DNA of 64,000 bases from Candidatus Latescibacterota bacterium (lineage in GTDB: Bacteria > Latescibacterota > UBA2968 > GCA-2709665): contig CAXXXF010000017.1 in NCBI GenBank assembly GCA_963667175.2, positions 43,256 through 107,255 on the forward strand. The letters run 5' to 3'. This document shows positions 10,603 through 21,272 of the stretch, piece by piece. The first letter of the stretch is position 1. Each line of letters opens with the position of its first letter. The position numbers and the translations under genes are program-made. The notes under the pieces were generated by a model that was given only the letters and a program-made list of their open reading frames with translations, did no database searches and was not told the origin of the DNA.

Positions 10603-11655
10603 ATGCCCAGAACCGGCCGCGCCTCGGTTCTCGTCGGCGAACGATTTGAAGTCCGGGAGTTCCCGGTCCCGGAACCGGCGCCCGGAACGGTCCTGTTGAG
10701 ACAGGAACTCGCCGGCATCTGCGGAACTGACCTGCACAACTGGGAATACCAGAGACTGGACGACGAGATCATCCTGGGGCACGAGAACGTGGGGATCGTC
10801 GACAGACTCGGCGACGGTGTGACCCACGATCACCTGGGTCGTCCCGTCAGACCCGGCGACCGGATCGCCCTTGTGCCGGGCACGTCTCAAGGCGCGTACG
10901 GATTCATCCCTGCCGGAGAGCAGCCCTATCTCCGCGGCGGCTTTGCCGAATACATCTATCTCTGGAATCCGGAGACCGTCTTCTTCAAGACCGATCTGCC
11001 CGCCGAGGTCGCCGTTCTGCTCGAGCCCTTCACGATCGGCGTACACGGCGTGATGCGGGCGGGGATCCGATTCGGAGACACCGTCGTCGTTCAGGGTTCC
11101 GGCGCCATCGGCCTTGTCACCCTCATCTGCGCGAAGGTCAGCGGCGCCGGCCGGTTGATCATGGTCGGCGGGCCCCCGGGACGCCTGGCGCTCGCACGGG
11201 AAATCGGCGCGGACGTCACGGTCGACATCGCCGACGTCCCGGACCCGGAAGTACGAAAGCAAATGGTTCGGGACGCCACGCCGAAGGGGGCCGGCGCCGA
11301 CGTCGTCTTCGAGTGCGCGGGCTTTCTGCAAGCCATCCCTGAGGGTCTGGATTATCTCCGTCAGGACGGCACGTACGTCGAAATGGGCCATTTCGTAGAC
11401 GTCGGTTCCTTCGAATGCAATCCCAATCGGATGTTCATGCGCAAGAACCTGCGTTTCGAAGCGGTCTGGGCGAGTTACCCGGAACACTTCGTGCGCGGAC
11501 TTCCCATCCTGGAGAGGAACGAGTTCCCCTTTGCGGATATGGTCAGCCACACCATCCCGCTGGACCGCGTGCCCGAAGGCTTCAACGCCCTGGCCGGCAG
11601 CTATCGCCTGGACGGGAAGGACGCCATCAAGATTGCGGTGTCCGGAAGTCTGTAG
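10603..11655 (+). CDS. Zinc-binding medium-chain dehydrogenase
   Basis: GICGTD, GHE, GSGAIG motifs; lacks the structural four-Cys zinc lobe. Confidence 0.88.
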   Translation: MPRTGRASVLVGERFEVREFPVPEPAPGTVLLRQELAGICGTDLHNWEYQRLDDEIILGHENVGIVDRLGDGVTHDHLGRPVRPGDRIALVPGTSQGAYGFIPAGEQPYLRGGFAEYIYLWNPETVFFKTDLPAEVAVLLEPFTIGVHGVMRAGIRFGDTVVVQGSGAIGLVTLICAKVSGAGRLIMVGGPPGRLALAREIGADVTVDIADVPDPEVRKQMVRDATPKGAGADVVFECAGFLQAIPEGLDYLRQDGTYVEMGHFVDVGSFECNPNRMFMRKNLRFEAVWASYPEHFVRGLPILERNEFPFADMVSHTIPLDRVPEGFNALAGSYRLDGKDAIKIAVSGSL

Positions 11656-11747
11656 ACCTAACCCTGTGTCGACATGAATTAAAGTCGCGCGCCGACCGCA
11701 CCATCAGGTCCGGCCGCATCGCGTACCGACATCCGACGGCAGACACC

Positions 11748-13716
11748 ATGACGCTGCGCGCGCTCCTCGTCGGCCTGGCCATGGCCGTCTGGGTCAACCT
11801 ATGGCCCACCTACTCCAGCCTCATCGCGCATTCCTCGCGCGCAGACTATGCGCACCTGTCGGTAGCCCTGCTGATTCCCTTCGTTTGCCTGCTCGGACTC
11901 AATCTGCCTCTCTATCGTCGAGGACGCGGCCTGTCGGCCTCGGAATTGCTGTCCATCTGCTGTATCGGAATGGTCGCTGCGACCATGCAGGGAGAGTGGC
12001 TCTCGGGATATCTGCTGGGCGTGGTTACGGCGCCCACCTATTTTGCGACACCCGAGAATCAATGGGCCGAACACCTGCTCTCCAGGGTCCCCTCCTGGAC
12101 CATTGTCGCGGATCGAACGGCCGCAACGGGCTTCTACGAGAGTCTGTTCAAGGGCCAGGAATTCCCCTGGAGCGCCTGGGCGGCGCCGGTTTTCTGGTGG
12201 GGCGGATTCCTCGGTTCGGTGCTCACCGTCAGCTTCTGCCTGGTCGTCATTCTGCGCAAACAGTGGATGGACAACGAACGCCTCACGTTCCCGATCGCCA
12301 CCGCCGTGCTGGAGCTCACCGGCGTTTCCGGTTCCGGGCGCAGCCTGGCCACCCTGGTCCGGTCACGCCTGTTTCCGGTTCGGTTTCTGGCTGGTCGTCG
12401 CCATCTTCTGCTGGAATATCGCGACCTGGTTCGTCAGGGCCATACCCGTCCTGGACGTACCCATGACGGTCCTCAGCCGCAAGGTGATCCGGATCGGCGA
12501 GGGTTTCCCCTACTTTGCATTTTCCATCCATCCGATGACGATCGCGTTCGCGTACTTCACCGAATCCAGCGTCCTGTTCAGCATCTGGCTCTTCCACCTT
12601 CTGGCCATCCTGCAGGTGGGCGTCTTCAACCGCCTGGGCTTCAGTATCGGCGGTTCTGATATGTGGTGCTCCTTCGATCCCGCCATCGGCTGGCAGAGCT
12701 TCGGCGGTCTCACGGTGTTTGCGGGCTGGGGGCTCTGGGTTGCCCGGAGCCACCTGGCCGCGGTATTCAGGAAGGCCTTAGCGCGCGGTGCGAGCGCCAG
12801 AGGTACGGGCGCAGTCGACGACGTCGACGACGCTAACGAACTCATCTCCTACCGTACGGCGGTAGTTCTGCTCCTGGCCGGATGCGCGTACCTGCTCGTG
12901 TGGCTTTTCCGCGCGGGGATGGCCGCCGGCCCCCTGATCGCTTTCTGGTTCGCCACCCTCGCGCTCTACCTGGGTCTGGCGCGCATTATCGTGGAAAGCG
13001 GCCTCGTGTATCTGCGCGGCCCCATTACGGCGCAGGCGTTTACGTGGCACCTTTTCGGCATTTCCGGAATGGGTCCGCACAGCGCGGTTGCCCTGGGCCT
13101 GACCTACACCTTTTTCTGCGACGCAAAGACCTGGGCGATCACCGCCCTGGCCCACGTCCCCAGGCTGGGCGTGGCCATGCGGCCCGAACGCCGAAGGCTG
13201 CTGGCGCCCGGCGTTCTCCTGGGCGCCCTTGGCGGCGCCTTTTCCGTGATCGCCTTCATTCTCTACCACGGCTATTACGGCGTGGGCAGCTACAACTTCG
13301 GCGTGGTCAGCTTCAACGGCTCCGGCGACGGTGCCGTTGGCATCTGGCGTTATACGGCCGCCCGCATCCAGCAGGGGACGGCCGGCACAAGCTGGGACCG
13401 CGTCGGGTTCTTCGGCATCGGCGCCGCGTTCACCGGCCTCCTCGTCTTCCTGCGATACCGCTTTCCGGGATTCCCCATTCATCCCATCGGATTCACCATT
13501 TCCGCCTCCAACGTGCTCAGAAGCAGCGTCACCTCCATTTTCATCGCGTGGTTCACCAAAGCCCTTATCATGAGATTCGGCGGCCTCAACAGCTACAGAC
13601 GCCTGACACCCCTCTTTCTGGGCATGTTCATGGGATACCTCGTAGGCGTGGGTCTGGGCGTCGTCGCGGACGTTATCTGGTTCAACGGAGACGGTCACAA
13701 ACTGAATGACTGGTAG
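11748..13716 (+). CDS. Polytopic membrane protein (DUF6785/DUF6784-like putative peptide transporter), frameshifted at about 12372-12376
   Basis: Many TM segments; ILRKQWMDNERLTFPI and FPIHPIG motifs; one extra base splits ORFs 11415-12659 and 12043-13716. Confidence 0.7.
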
Positions 13717-13816
13717 GAAGCTGTTTCAAAATCCTGTGCGCCGAATAGAAATCCTGTTTATCTTCAGTCGGCAATCCAAATCGGCCCGGCGCCACGCCTC
13801 TCCGAAGGTGCACCGC

Positions 13817-15382
13817 ATGACGTTCGACGTCCTCATCCGCAACGGCCTCATCGTCGACGGGACAGGCCGTAGAGACCCGTTCCCGGCGGATATCGCCGTA
13901 CATGGCGACCGGATCGCCGCCGTGGGCAGCCTTTCGAACGTTGAGGCGAAACGGGAGATCGATGCCCGCGGCCACGTGGTCTGCCCCGGATTCATCGACG
14001 TGCACGTGCATTGTGAGCCCGCGCTGCTGACCGGAAACCACCGCTTTGCGGGTGTCGTCCAGGGCGTTACGACGCAACTCCTCGCGCCCGACGGCTTCGG
14101 ATGGGCGCCGTTGTCTCCGGACCTGCGAGGGCAGATGTGGGAGTACACACGGTTCGCCGCCGGATCGGCGGATCTGGACCTAACATGGGAATCCATTGAA
14201 GACTACCTGAACCTGTTTCCAGGGAACAGCCCCTGCAACGTCTACCCGCAGGCGCCCCACTGCGCCGTGCGCCTGAACGTCTGCGGCTGGTCGCCCGGTC
14301 CCGCCACCGATACGCAGATCGACGCCATGGCCGACCTGGTGCGGCAATGGATGGAAGCGGGCGCGGGCTGCCTCTGCCTGGGGCTGGACTACCAGCCGAG
14401 CGCGAATTCCGACCTGCGCGAACTGGTTGAACTCTGCAAAGTGGCGGCGTCCTACGGCGGCATTTACGCGGCGCACATCCGCAACCACATTCTGGGCCGG
14501 GCGGATGCCTGGAAGGAGACCTTCGAGATCTTTCGGCAGTCCGGCATTCCCGTCCACCATTCCCACGAGCGGGCCGACCGGGAGGGCGCCGAGCTTCTCG
14601 AGAATGCCGACAGGGAGGATATCGATCTCACCTTCGAGTCCTATCTCTATCCCGCCGGCATGTCGCACATGACCATTATGCTTCCCGTCGAGGACCAGGT
14701 CGGCGCTCCGGCAGACGTCCTGGATCACCTGGCGGACCCCGGTGTGAAGAAACGGGTCCTTCCCCATCTCCGCGGCTGGCTGGGCGCGTGCAACCAGGTG
14801 GTAGGCCACACCCGATCAGGACGCTACGTCGGCGCCACACTGTCGGACCTGGCCGCCGGGGCAGGCGTCGCCCCGGAGGACTTCGCCTACGATCTCATCC
14901 TGGAGGAGGAAGGCCTGTCCACGTACATTTTCCCGTGGCAGGACACCCCCGAAAACAACGAAACCACGGTCAGGAATACCGCAACGCACCCGCGGATGAT
15001 GGTCGCGAGCGACGGCATCTACAACGTGCGTCACCCCCACCCCAGGGGTTTCGGGTGCTTCGCCCGCGTACCAGGTGAGATCGTCCGCGAGAAGAACCTG
15101 ATCTCTCTCGCGGAAGCCATCCACAAAATGAGCGGCTTCCCCGCCCGGCGATTCGGCCTTGCCGACCGTGGCGAAATCGCCGAAGGCAACGCTGCCGACG
15201 TCGTGATCTTCGATCCTCAGACCGTCAACTCGACCGCCACGTTCGAGAACCCAACCGGAGGCCCCGTGGGGATCCCGTACGTGCTGGTCAACGGAACGCC
15301 GGCCGTGGATGGGGGCGCGCCCACCGGCGCGCTTCCGGGCAAGGTGCTGCGCCGCAACGCCTCGCCGGCGAGCCGACCATGA
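13817..15382 (+). CDS. N-acyl-D-amino-acid deacylase family amidohydrolase
   Basis: PGFIDVHVH, AAHIR, HPRGFG, RGEIAEGNAADVVIFD. Confidence 0.88.
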   Translation: MTFDVLIRNGLIVDGTGRRDPFPADIAVHGDRIAAVGSLSNVEAKREIDARGHVVCPGFIDVHVHCEPALLTGNHRFAGVVQGVTTQLLAPDGFGWAPLSPDLRGQMWEYTRFAAGSADLDLTWESIEDYLNLFPGNSPCNVYPQAPHCAVRLNVCGWSPGPATDTQIDAMADLVRQWMEAGAGCLCLGLDYQPSANSDLRELVELCKVAASYGGIYAAHIRNHILGRADAWKETFEIFRQSGIPVHHSHERADREGAELLENADREDIDLTFESYLYPAGMSHMTIMLPVEDQVGAPADVLDHLADPGVKKRVLPHLRGWLGACNQVVGHTRSGRYVGATLSDLAAGAGVAPEDFAYDLILEEEGLSTYIFPWQDTPENNETTVRNTATHPRMMVASDGIYNVRHPHPRGFGCFARVPGEIVREKNLISLAEAIHKMSGFPARRFGLADRGEIAEGNAADVVIFDPQTVNSTATFENPTGGPVGIPYVLVNGTPAVDGGAPTGALPGKVLRRNASPASRP

Positions 15383-15518
15383 CGCACGCCCCGTACCCGC
15401 ACGGTGCGACGTTTCGGACCCGGCCGTCATCCGACGCGCGCGCCGCCGCCAGCCGTTCGTTACCGACGTGTGCGTTGCAGCCACTACAAATCGATCAGAA
15501 TCGAGAGGATGTCCAGTC

Positions 15519-18500
15519 ATGCTGATGTTCGCCCTCGTGCTCGTCCTGATCCTTCTCGCACTCCGGCCGGACCCCGCCGGCGCGGACCCTGTCTTTCCGC
15601 CCGACCTGGACGATTCCGACGTGGAGCGCCTGCGCCGGAACCTCGAACCCGTAATCTCGTTGTCGGAACGCGAACTTCTGCGCCTCATTCCCGACCGCGC
15701 GGGCATCTATTTCGTGGACTGTCCCAACTGCGACGGCGGCGCGCAGGAGGGCCAGATCGACTGGACGATCGAAGACCCGGACCGCGTCTTCTGCAAATAC
15801 TGCGGCCTGAAATATCCCAACGATAGATTTCCGGATACCGAAATCCTGAGCGTCGTCAATCCCGTGGGCGAGACACAGGAGTATCCGTACTGGGAGGACG
15901 AATCCGGGTACAGGCACTTCTTCCAGGCAAAGGGGTGGTACCTGGCGCGGGCCTGGTTCGCCGGGGCCGCCCATGACCTGGCGACGCTCTACTTTGCGAC
16001 CGGAGACCGTTCCTTCGCCCGCCGCGCGGCCCTCATTCTGAACCGCTTCGCCGAGGTCTATCCCGGGTACTGCGTTCACCACGACCTGCCCTTCCGGCGG
16101 AAGATCATTTTCCCGGGCAGCCAGGGCTTTCCCTATCCAGTCCAGGATTACCGGGCTTCCAAGTGGGACTGGTGGGCCTATATGGACATACCGGAAAACC
16201 TGATCTACGCCTACGACCTGATCCGGGACAGCGGTGAACTGGACGAAACCATGATTCGTCGCATCGAGGACGGGTTCTTCCACGCCAGCGTGGCCTTCAT
16301 CCGGGGGTTCCCGCCGGCGCTCGGCAACATGGATCCCACGCTTCTGCGCGGCATGGTCGCGGCGGGTCGGGTCCTGAAGGAACCCGACTACATTCACGAC
16401 GTGGTCGACCGTATCTCGCGGCTCATCGCCGTCAACTTCCTCGTGGACGGGGTATGGCGCGAAGGCGCGATCTCGTACCACAACCAGACCATCGGCGGGC
16501 TGCGTCAGGTGATGGAGAGACTGGACGGTTACAGCGACCCGGACGGATACGTGCATCCCGCCGACGGGGAGCGTTACGACAATCTGGACCTGAACGCCCG
16601 TTTTCCCATCCTGACAAAGGCCGCGGGCATCCCAGCGCTTCTCTGCTATCCAAACGGCCGCGTGGTCCCCACCCACGACACCTGGGCAAAAGGACGGCGG
16701 AACGCCCCGGAATCGACGGGCCCCATGCTCCTTCCGGGCATGGGCCACGCCCGCCTGAGTACGGGCAGCGGAGACGACCGCACCCAGACGTACCTCCACT
16801 TCTCCGGCGGATACGGCCACCAGCACGCGGATCTTCTGAGCATCACCCTCTACGCGCGCGGCCAGGAGCGCCTGAGCGACGTCGGGTATACCCACACGCG
16901 CCACCGGTGCTGGACGATCAGCACGCTGTCGCACAACACGGTTGCCGTGGACGGCAAGGACCAGGCGTTCGGCTCCGAAAACGCGCCCTCGGACGGCAAC
17001 CTCCTGCTCTTCGTCCCGCACAGCGACACGTTCCAGGCGATCGAAGCCTCGGGCGACCGCGCCTATCCGGGCGTCACGTCCACCTACCGGCGGATGCTGT
17101 TACAGATCGGCCTTTCATCGGAACAGACGTACGTCGTCGACCTGTTCCGGGTCGCGGGCGGCCGTCGTCACGAGTACATCCTGGCAGGCGACGCGGACCA
17201 CGAGGGCACGATCGAAACCGACCTCTTCTCCGAGCCCCACGGCGAGACGCTGCTCCCGGCGGGCGTGACCGCCACCCTGCCCACAGGAGAGAGCGTCCAG
17301 GGCGACGCCGGGGGACACAACCTGGGATACGCGTTCATTCGCGACGTACGGCGCGCCGGAGTCACCCGGCCCTGGCGCGCTACGTTCACCAGCCAGGCGT
17401 CCCCCGAGGGTTTGGTCCGCGTTTACAGCCTGACCGGCCCGGGCGGAGACCTCTTCACGGCCCGGGCGCCCTCCATCCGGAATGCGGACGAGGACGACAC
17501 CCGTCTGGACGCCGTCACCATGCCCATGCTGATCCATCGCCGCGAAGGCGAGAACCTCTCCACCCTCTTCAGCACCGTCCTGGAACCCAGCGGCGACCGT
17601 CCAGCCATCACAAGCGCGGAGCGTCTGGAACTGCACGGCGCCAGCGAAGAGGACGTCGCGCTCCGGATCGTTTCCGGCGACGTCACCGACTATATCCTTT
17701 CCGCGTCGGACGAGAACCGCACGCTCGAGTTCGGCGACCTCCGCTTCCTCGGACGCGTCGGCTTCGTCAGAGTACGAGGCGGAAAAGTTGAAGAAATGAT
17801 CCTCGTCGGGGGCACGCTTCTCCAGAAGGGAAACCGCAAGCTCGGCGGCCGCGGCACACGCACGGGCGCCGTCCTCAAAACACTTCGCGAGGCGGCGGGC
17901 GACGACGCGGACGGGCTCCTCATCGACACGGAACTTCCCACGGGCGTGGACCTCGCGGGCCTTACCGCCATTGTCACGGACGGCGACGGGTTCACCTACG
18001 GGCACAAGATCAAAGCCATCCATCACCCGGAAGCCGGCGGCGCTCTGCTGGAGCTGGAGGATGACCCCGGGTACGAAATCACCGCGAAGGGCGGCCGCCT
18101 CCTGTTCTTTCCGGGCCGTTCATGGACCGGCCCGGCGACGATCGAAATCCCCACCGTGGCCAGCCTGCGCATCAACGCGTCCGACGTCAACGCCACCCGG
18201 ACCGGCGACTGGATCAACCTGGTCCGCAATGCGCCGTTCACGCCGCGCGATACGTCCGAAGACGTGGTGTTTCAGGACAAACTCTGGATCAGCAACGCCT
18301 ACTACCATTCCGGTATCCTCACCCGGGACCTCTGGAATTCGTCCGACGGCATCAGCTGGCATCTGGTAAGCGAAGCCACGCCCTACGACGGCTACAGCGA
18401 AATGGTGGCCTACAAGGACAAAATGTGGGCCGTCAAGGCAAGCGTCTGGACATCGCCGGACGGCGTCGACTGGACCCGGGTGCTGGAAGAAACTCCCTTC

Positions 18501-19064
18501 GGGCCGAGGGGCTACGGCGAACTGGTGATCTACCGGGACAGGATGTGGCAGCTTGGCAGCGGCACCGACGTATGGCACACCGGCGACGGCGTCGACTGGA
18601 CACGAGTCGGGTCCAAAGCCCCTTACGGCGACCGGTCCGCCGCCGCAGTGGCCGCGTACGACAACCGGCTGTGGGTGATGGGGGGCAGGATCGACGGGCG
18701 CAACGACCCGCCCGAAAAGGGTTACCCGCAATACACGACCCTGAACGACGTCTGGTGTTCGGAGGACGGCGTCAACTGGACGCGCGTACTCGAAAACGCC
18801 CCCTGGTCGCCGCGGATGTGGTTTATTCCGAAGGTCTACGCGGGCAGACTCTGGATCATCGGCGGGTACGACAACGCCAATTCGGTGAACCTTGGCGACG
18901 TCTGGTACACCGAAGACGGCCGGGAGTGGCACGAATTCAAACCTGATACCCGTTTTTCGCCCCGCCACGAGTCCACCTGCTACGTGTTCAAGAACAGCCT
19001 CTGGGTTGTCGCGGGCAATACATGGCCTGTCGTGAACGACGTCTGGCGGCTTACGCTTCCGTGA
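15519..19064 (+). CDS. Secreted heparinase II/III-family polysaccharide lyase-like protein with C-terminal kelch/Asp-box propeller
   Basis: Signal peptide; CPNC...CKYC; DGVWREGAISYH; GHQHADLLSI...SDVGY...TLSHNTVAVDG; C-terminal repeats of WxSxDGxxW and LWxxGG. Confidence 0.75.
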   Translation: MLMFALVLVLILLALRPDPAGADPVFPPDLDDSDVERLRRNLEPVISLSERELLRLIPDRAGIYFVDCPNCDGGAQEGQIDWTIEDPDRVFCKYCGLKYPNDRFPDTEILSVVNPVGETQEYPYWEDESGYRHFFQAKGWYLARAWFAGAAHDLATLYFATGDRSFARRAALILNRFAEVYPGYCVHHDLPFRRKIIFPGSQGFPYPVQDYRASKWDWWAYMDIPENLIYAYDLIRDSGELDETMIRRIEDGFFHASVAFIRGFPPALGNMDPTLLRGMVAAGRVLKEPDYIHDVVDRISRLIAVNFLVDGVWREGAISYHNQTIGGLRQVMERLDGYSDPDGYVHPADGERYDNLDLNARFPILTKAAGIPALLCYPNGRVVPTHDTWAKGRRNAPESTGPMLLPGMGHARLSTGSGDDRTQTYLHFSGGYGHQHADLLSITLYARGQERLSDVGYTHTRHRCWTISTLSHNTVAVDGKDQAFGSENAPSDGNLLLFVPHSDTFQAIEASGDRAYPGVTSTYRRMLLQIGLSSEQTYVVDLFRVAGGRRHEYILAGDADHEGTIETDLFSEPHGETLLPAGVTATLPTGESVQGDAGGHNLGYAFIRDVRRAGVTRPWRATFTSQASPEGLVRVYSLTGPGGDLFTARAPSIRNADEDDTRLDAVTMPMLIHRREGENLSTLFSTVLEPSGDRPAITSAERLELHGASEEDVALRIVSGDVTDYILSASDENRTLEFGDLRFLGRVGFVRVRGGKVEEMILVGGTLLQKGNRKLGGRGTRTGAVLKTLREAAGDDADGLLIDTELPTGVDLAGLTAIVTDGDGFTYGHKIKAIHHPEAGGALLELEDDPGYEITAKGGRLLFFPGRSWTGPATIEIPTVASLRINASDVNATRTGDWINLVRNAPFTPRDTSEDVVFQDKLWISNAYYHSGILTRDLWNSSDGISWHLVSEATPYDGYSEMVAYKDKMWAVKASVWTSPDGVDWTRVLEETPFGPRGYGELVIYRDRMWQLGSGTDVWHTGDGVDWTRVGSKAPYGDRSAAAVAAYDNRLWVMGGRIDGRNDPPEKGYPQYTTLNDVWCSEDGVNWTRVLENAPWSPRMWFIPKVYAGRLWIIGGYDNANSVNLGDVWYTEDGREWHEFKPDTRFSPRHESTCYVFKNSLWVVAGNTWPVVNDVWRLTLP

Positions 19065-19128
19065 CGTGTGGATGCGCCGTTCCGGCATCGAACGGGTATC
19101 GCATGGAAAAGGATACGAGGCCGTAACC

Positions 19129-19563
19129 ATGTCTCGCGTCAAACTTGAACTCCCCGGGACCTTCAACTACGCCACCGACGTCCGGCTTCGCGTTTCCGAC
19201 ATCAACTACGGCGGGCACATGGACAACAATGCCGTCCTGTCGCTCGTCCACGAGGCCAGGGTACGTTTTCTCGAGAGCCACGGATTCACCGAACTGGACG
19301 TGGACGGGGTGGGCATCATCATGGTCGACGCCGTCATCCAGTACAAGTCCGAAGCGTTCTACGGCCAGACCCTGACCTTTCAGGTCGCCGTGGACGGCAT
19401 GACCCGCATCGGATGCGACATCTATTACCGCATAACCGACCGGGACACCGGCATCGAAGTCGCCCGGGCGAAAACCGGGATCGCCTTCCTGGATTACGCC
19501 ACCCGGAAACCGAAACGGATGCCCGCGGGATTCCGGAACCTGTTCGCGGCCGAGGAATCTTGA
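19129..19563 (+). CDS. Acyl-CoA thioesterase (4HBT/hotdog fold)
   Basis: RVSDINYGGHMDN...HEAR. Confidence 0.88.
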   Translation: MSRVKLELPGTFNYATDVRLRVSDINYGGHMDNNAVLSLVHEARVRFLESHGFTELDVDGVGIIMVDAVIQYKSEAFYGQTLTFQVAVDGMTRIGCDIYYRITDRDTGIEVARAKTGIAFLDYATRKPKRMPAGFRNLFAAEES

Positions 19564-19588
19564 CAAGGTCAAGGCGGTTTTATATATT
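19560..19588 (+). promoter_or_regulatory. Sigma70-type promoter of tRNA-Leu
   Basis: TTGACA (19560-19565), 17 bp spacer, TATATT (19583-19588). Confidence 0.7.
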
Positions 19589-19633
19589 TCCTTTCCGGTC
19601 TGCGGGTTCCGGCTCCAGGCCCATGGCTCATGT

Positions 19634-19721
19634 GCCGAAGTGGTGGAACTGGTAGACGCGCTGCGTTCAGGGCGCAGTGAGCCTTGTGCTCGTGGGGGTT
19701 CGAATCCCCCCTTCGGCACCA
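19634..19721 (+). tRNA. tRNA-Leu (anticodon CAG)
   Basis: GCCGAAG/CTTCGGC acceptor stem, anticodon arm CTGCG-TTCAGGG-CGCAG, long variable arm, GTTCGAATC, encoded CCA. Confidence 0.97.
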
Positions 19722-19727
19722 AAAAAC

Positions 19728-19762
19728 AACGGGTTACGTCGAATTGACGTAACCCGTTTTTG
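19728..19762 (+). terminator. Rho-independent terminator after tRNA-Leu
   Basis: AACGGGTTACGTC-GAATT-GACGTAACCCGTT followed by Ts. Confidence 0.8.
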
Positions 19763-19870
19763 TACTGTTGGGATACAGGAATAATCGGCTTTCAGCTTTG
19801 CGTGGAAGTTACGCCTCATGAGTCCGGGGTGTTACCTGCCTCCACGGTGCGGTGTCTTTCCGGTAGACCC

Positions 19871-21229
19871 ATGGAAAAACCGTCAACAGACGCCCGGTTG
19901 GTCGCCACAGTGCGTTCGGGCGACCTCGCCGCTTTCGAGACCCTGGTGAAGCGCCACGGAAATCGCCTCTTCCGCCAGGCGCTGGGTTACCTGCACGCCG
20001 ACGAAGACGCACGGGATGCGCTTCAGGAGGCATTCCTGAGAGCATTTATGCGGCTGGATGCGCTGGAGGATCCCTCCCGTTTTCTACCATGGGTCGGCCG
20101 GATCCTTCGGAACCTCTGCCTGAACAGGCTGAGGCAGGTTCGACGGCGGCTGGCCATGAACGAATCGGCCGGCACGGCGACGGAACCGAAACCACATCGT
20201 GACGAACCGGTTCTTCGCAACGAGGCAATACAGGAACTGCTCGCGTGCCTTCCGGGCGCCAGCGTACGGGCATTCACGCTGCACTATCTCGAGGGATATA
20301 CCATCCGGGACGTGGCCCTTCGGGTGGGATCGACCCAGGGGGCTGTAAAACAGCGCCTCTATCGGGCGCGCAGGCAGCTTCAAAAGGAGGTCTTCCGCAT
20401 GGCACGGGACGAAAGGAGCAGGAACGACCTGCCCGACGGGTTCGTCGCGCAGACCATCGCCCGTCTCCTGGAGCAGGGACGGACGGATCGTTTGTACTTG
20501 AGGACCGATGCGGCTCGGGCCCGGTTCAGGGAAGCGCTGGAAGTATGCCCCGACCATCCCGCGGCGATGATGGAACTGGGCCGTACCGGCGACCCGTTCG
20601 ATGGACCAACCGAGGAAGAAGCGGCAACGCTGCAAAGAGCCGCAAAGGCGCGGCCGGATTCGATCGAGGTTGCGATGGCGCTCGCTGCCGCGCGGCGGCA
20701 CGACGCAGACGCGCAGGCACGCGCGGTTGACAACTGCATCGTGCTGTGCGATGCCCGGCTCTCGCATGCTCCGGATGACATCGTCGCGCTTACCGCGAAA
20801 GCGCAGATGTTCCTGTGGAAGCGGGACTTCGAAGCAATGGAGGCGGTTGCGCGGCGAGCGGCCGGAAACGCCCCCGACAACCAGGAGTGTCTCAACTACC
20901 TGGCACTGTCGCTTGCGCGGCAGAAACGATGGGCCGAGGCCTATCCGCTATATGAGCGGGTGTACAGACTGGACAAAAAGACCGTCTGGGCGTACGTCGC
21001 ACTCAGGCAGATGGGTACGTATCTGGCATTTCACCTGGGAGATTGGAAACGGGCCGTGGGCATACAGGAAAAGGTATGGGCGCTTGCACGCAGACCCAAC
21101 GAAGCCGGCAACCTGATCTATTATTACGGCCGTGCCGGGATGATGCAAAAGGCCGAAGCGCTGTTCCGCGAGGTCGGGGACCACCGTCATCCGCCGAGAG
21201 TCTACGAAATCCTGGGGAGTAACGGTTGA
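19871..21229 (+). CDS. ECF sigma-70 factor with C-terminal TPR extension
   Basis: Region 2 (DALQEAFLRAF..L..PSRFLPW), region 4 (GAVKQRLYRARRQL), then TPR-like helical repeats. Confidence 0.85.
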   Translation: MEKPSTDARLVATVRSGDLAAFETLVKRHGNRLFRQALGYLHADEDARDALQEAFLRAFMRLDALEDPSRFLPWVGRILRNLCLNRLRQVRRRLAMNESAGTATEPKPHRDEPVLRNEAIQELLACLPGASVRAFTLHYLEGYTIRDVALRVGSTQGAVKQRLYRARRQLQKEVFRMARDERSRNDLPDGFVAQTIARLLEQGRTDRLYLRTDAARARFREALEVCPDHPAAMMELGRTGDPFDGPTEEEAATLQRAAKARPDSIEVAMALAAARRHDADAQARAVDNCIVLCDARLSHAPDDIVALTAKAQMFLWKRDFEAMEAVARRAAGNAPDNQECLNYLALSLARQKRWAEAYPLYERVYRLDKKTVWAYVALRQMGTYLAFHLGDWKRAVGIQEKVWALARRPNEAGNLIYYYGRAGMMQKAEALFREVGDHRHPPRVYEILGSNG

Positions 21230-21272
21230 GTTATCCGCGTTGGCGGCAGGATTCCGCGGCCTCGTTCGGCGT

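Noticed and set aside
19634-19762. tRNA-Leu as island integration site
   Set aside because: No duplicated tRNA 3' end or integrase seen; downstream genes have host-like composition
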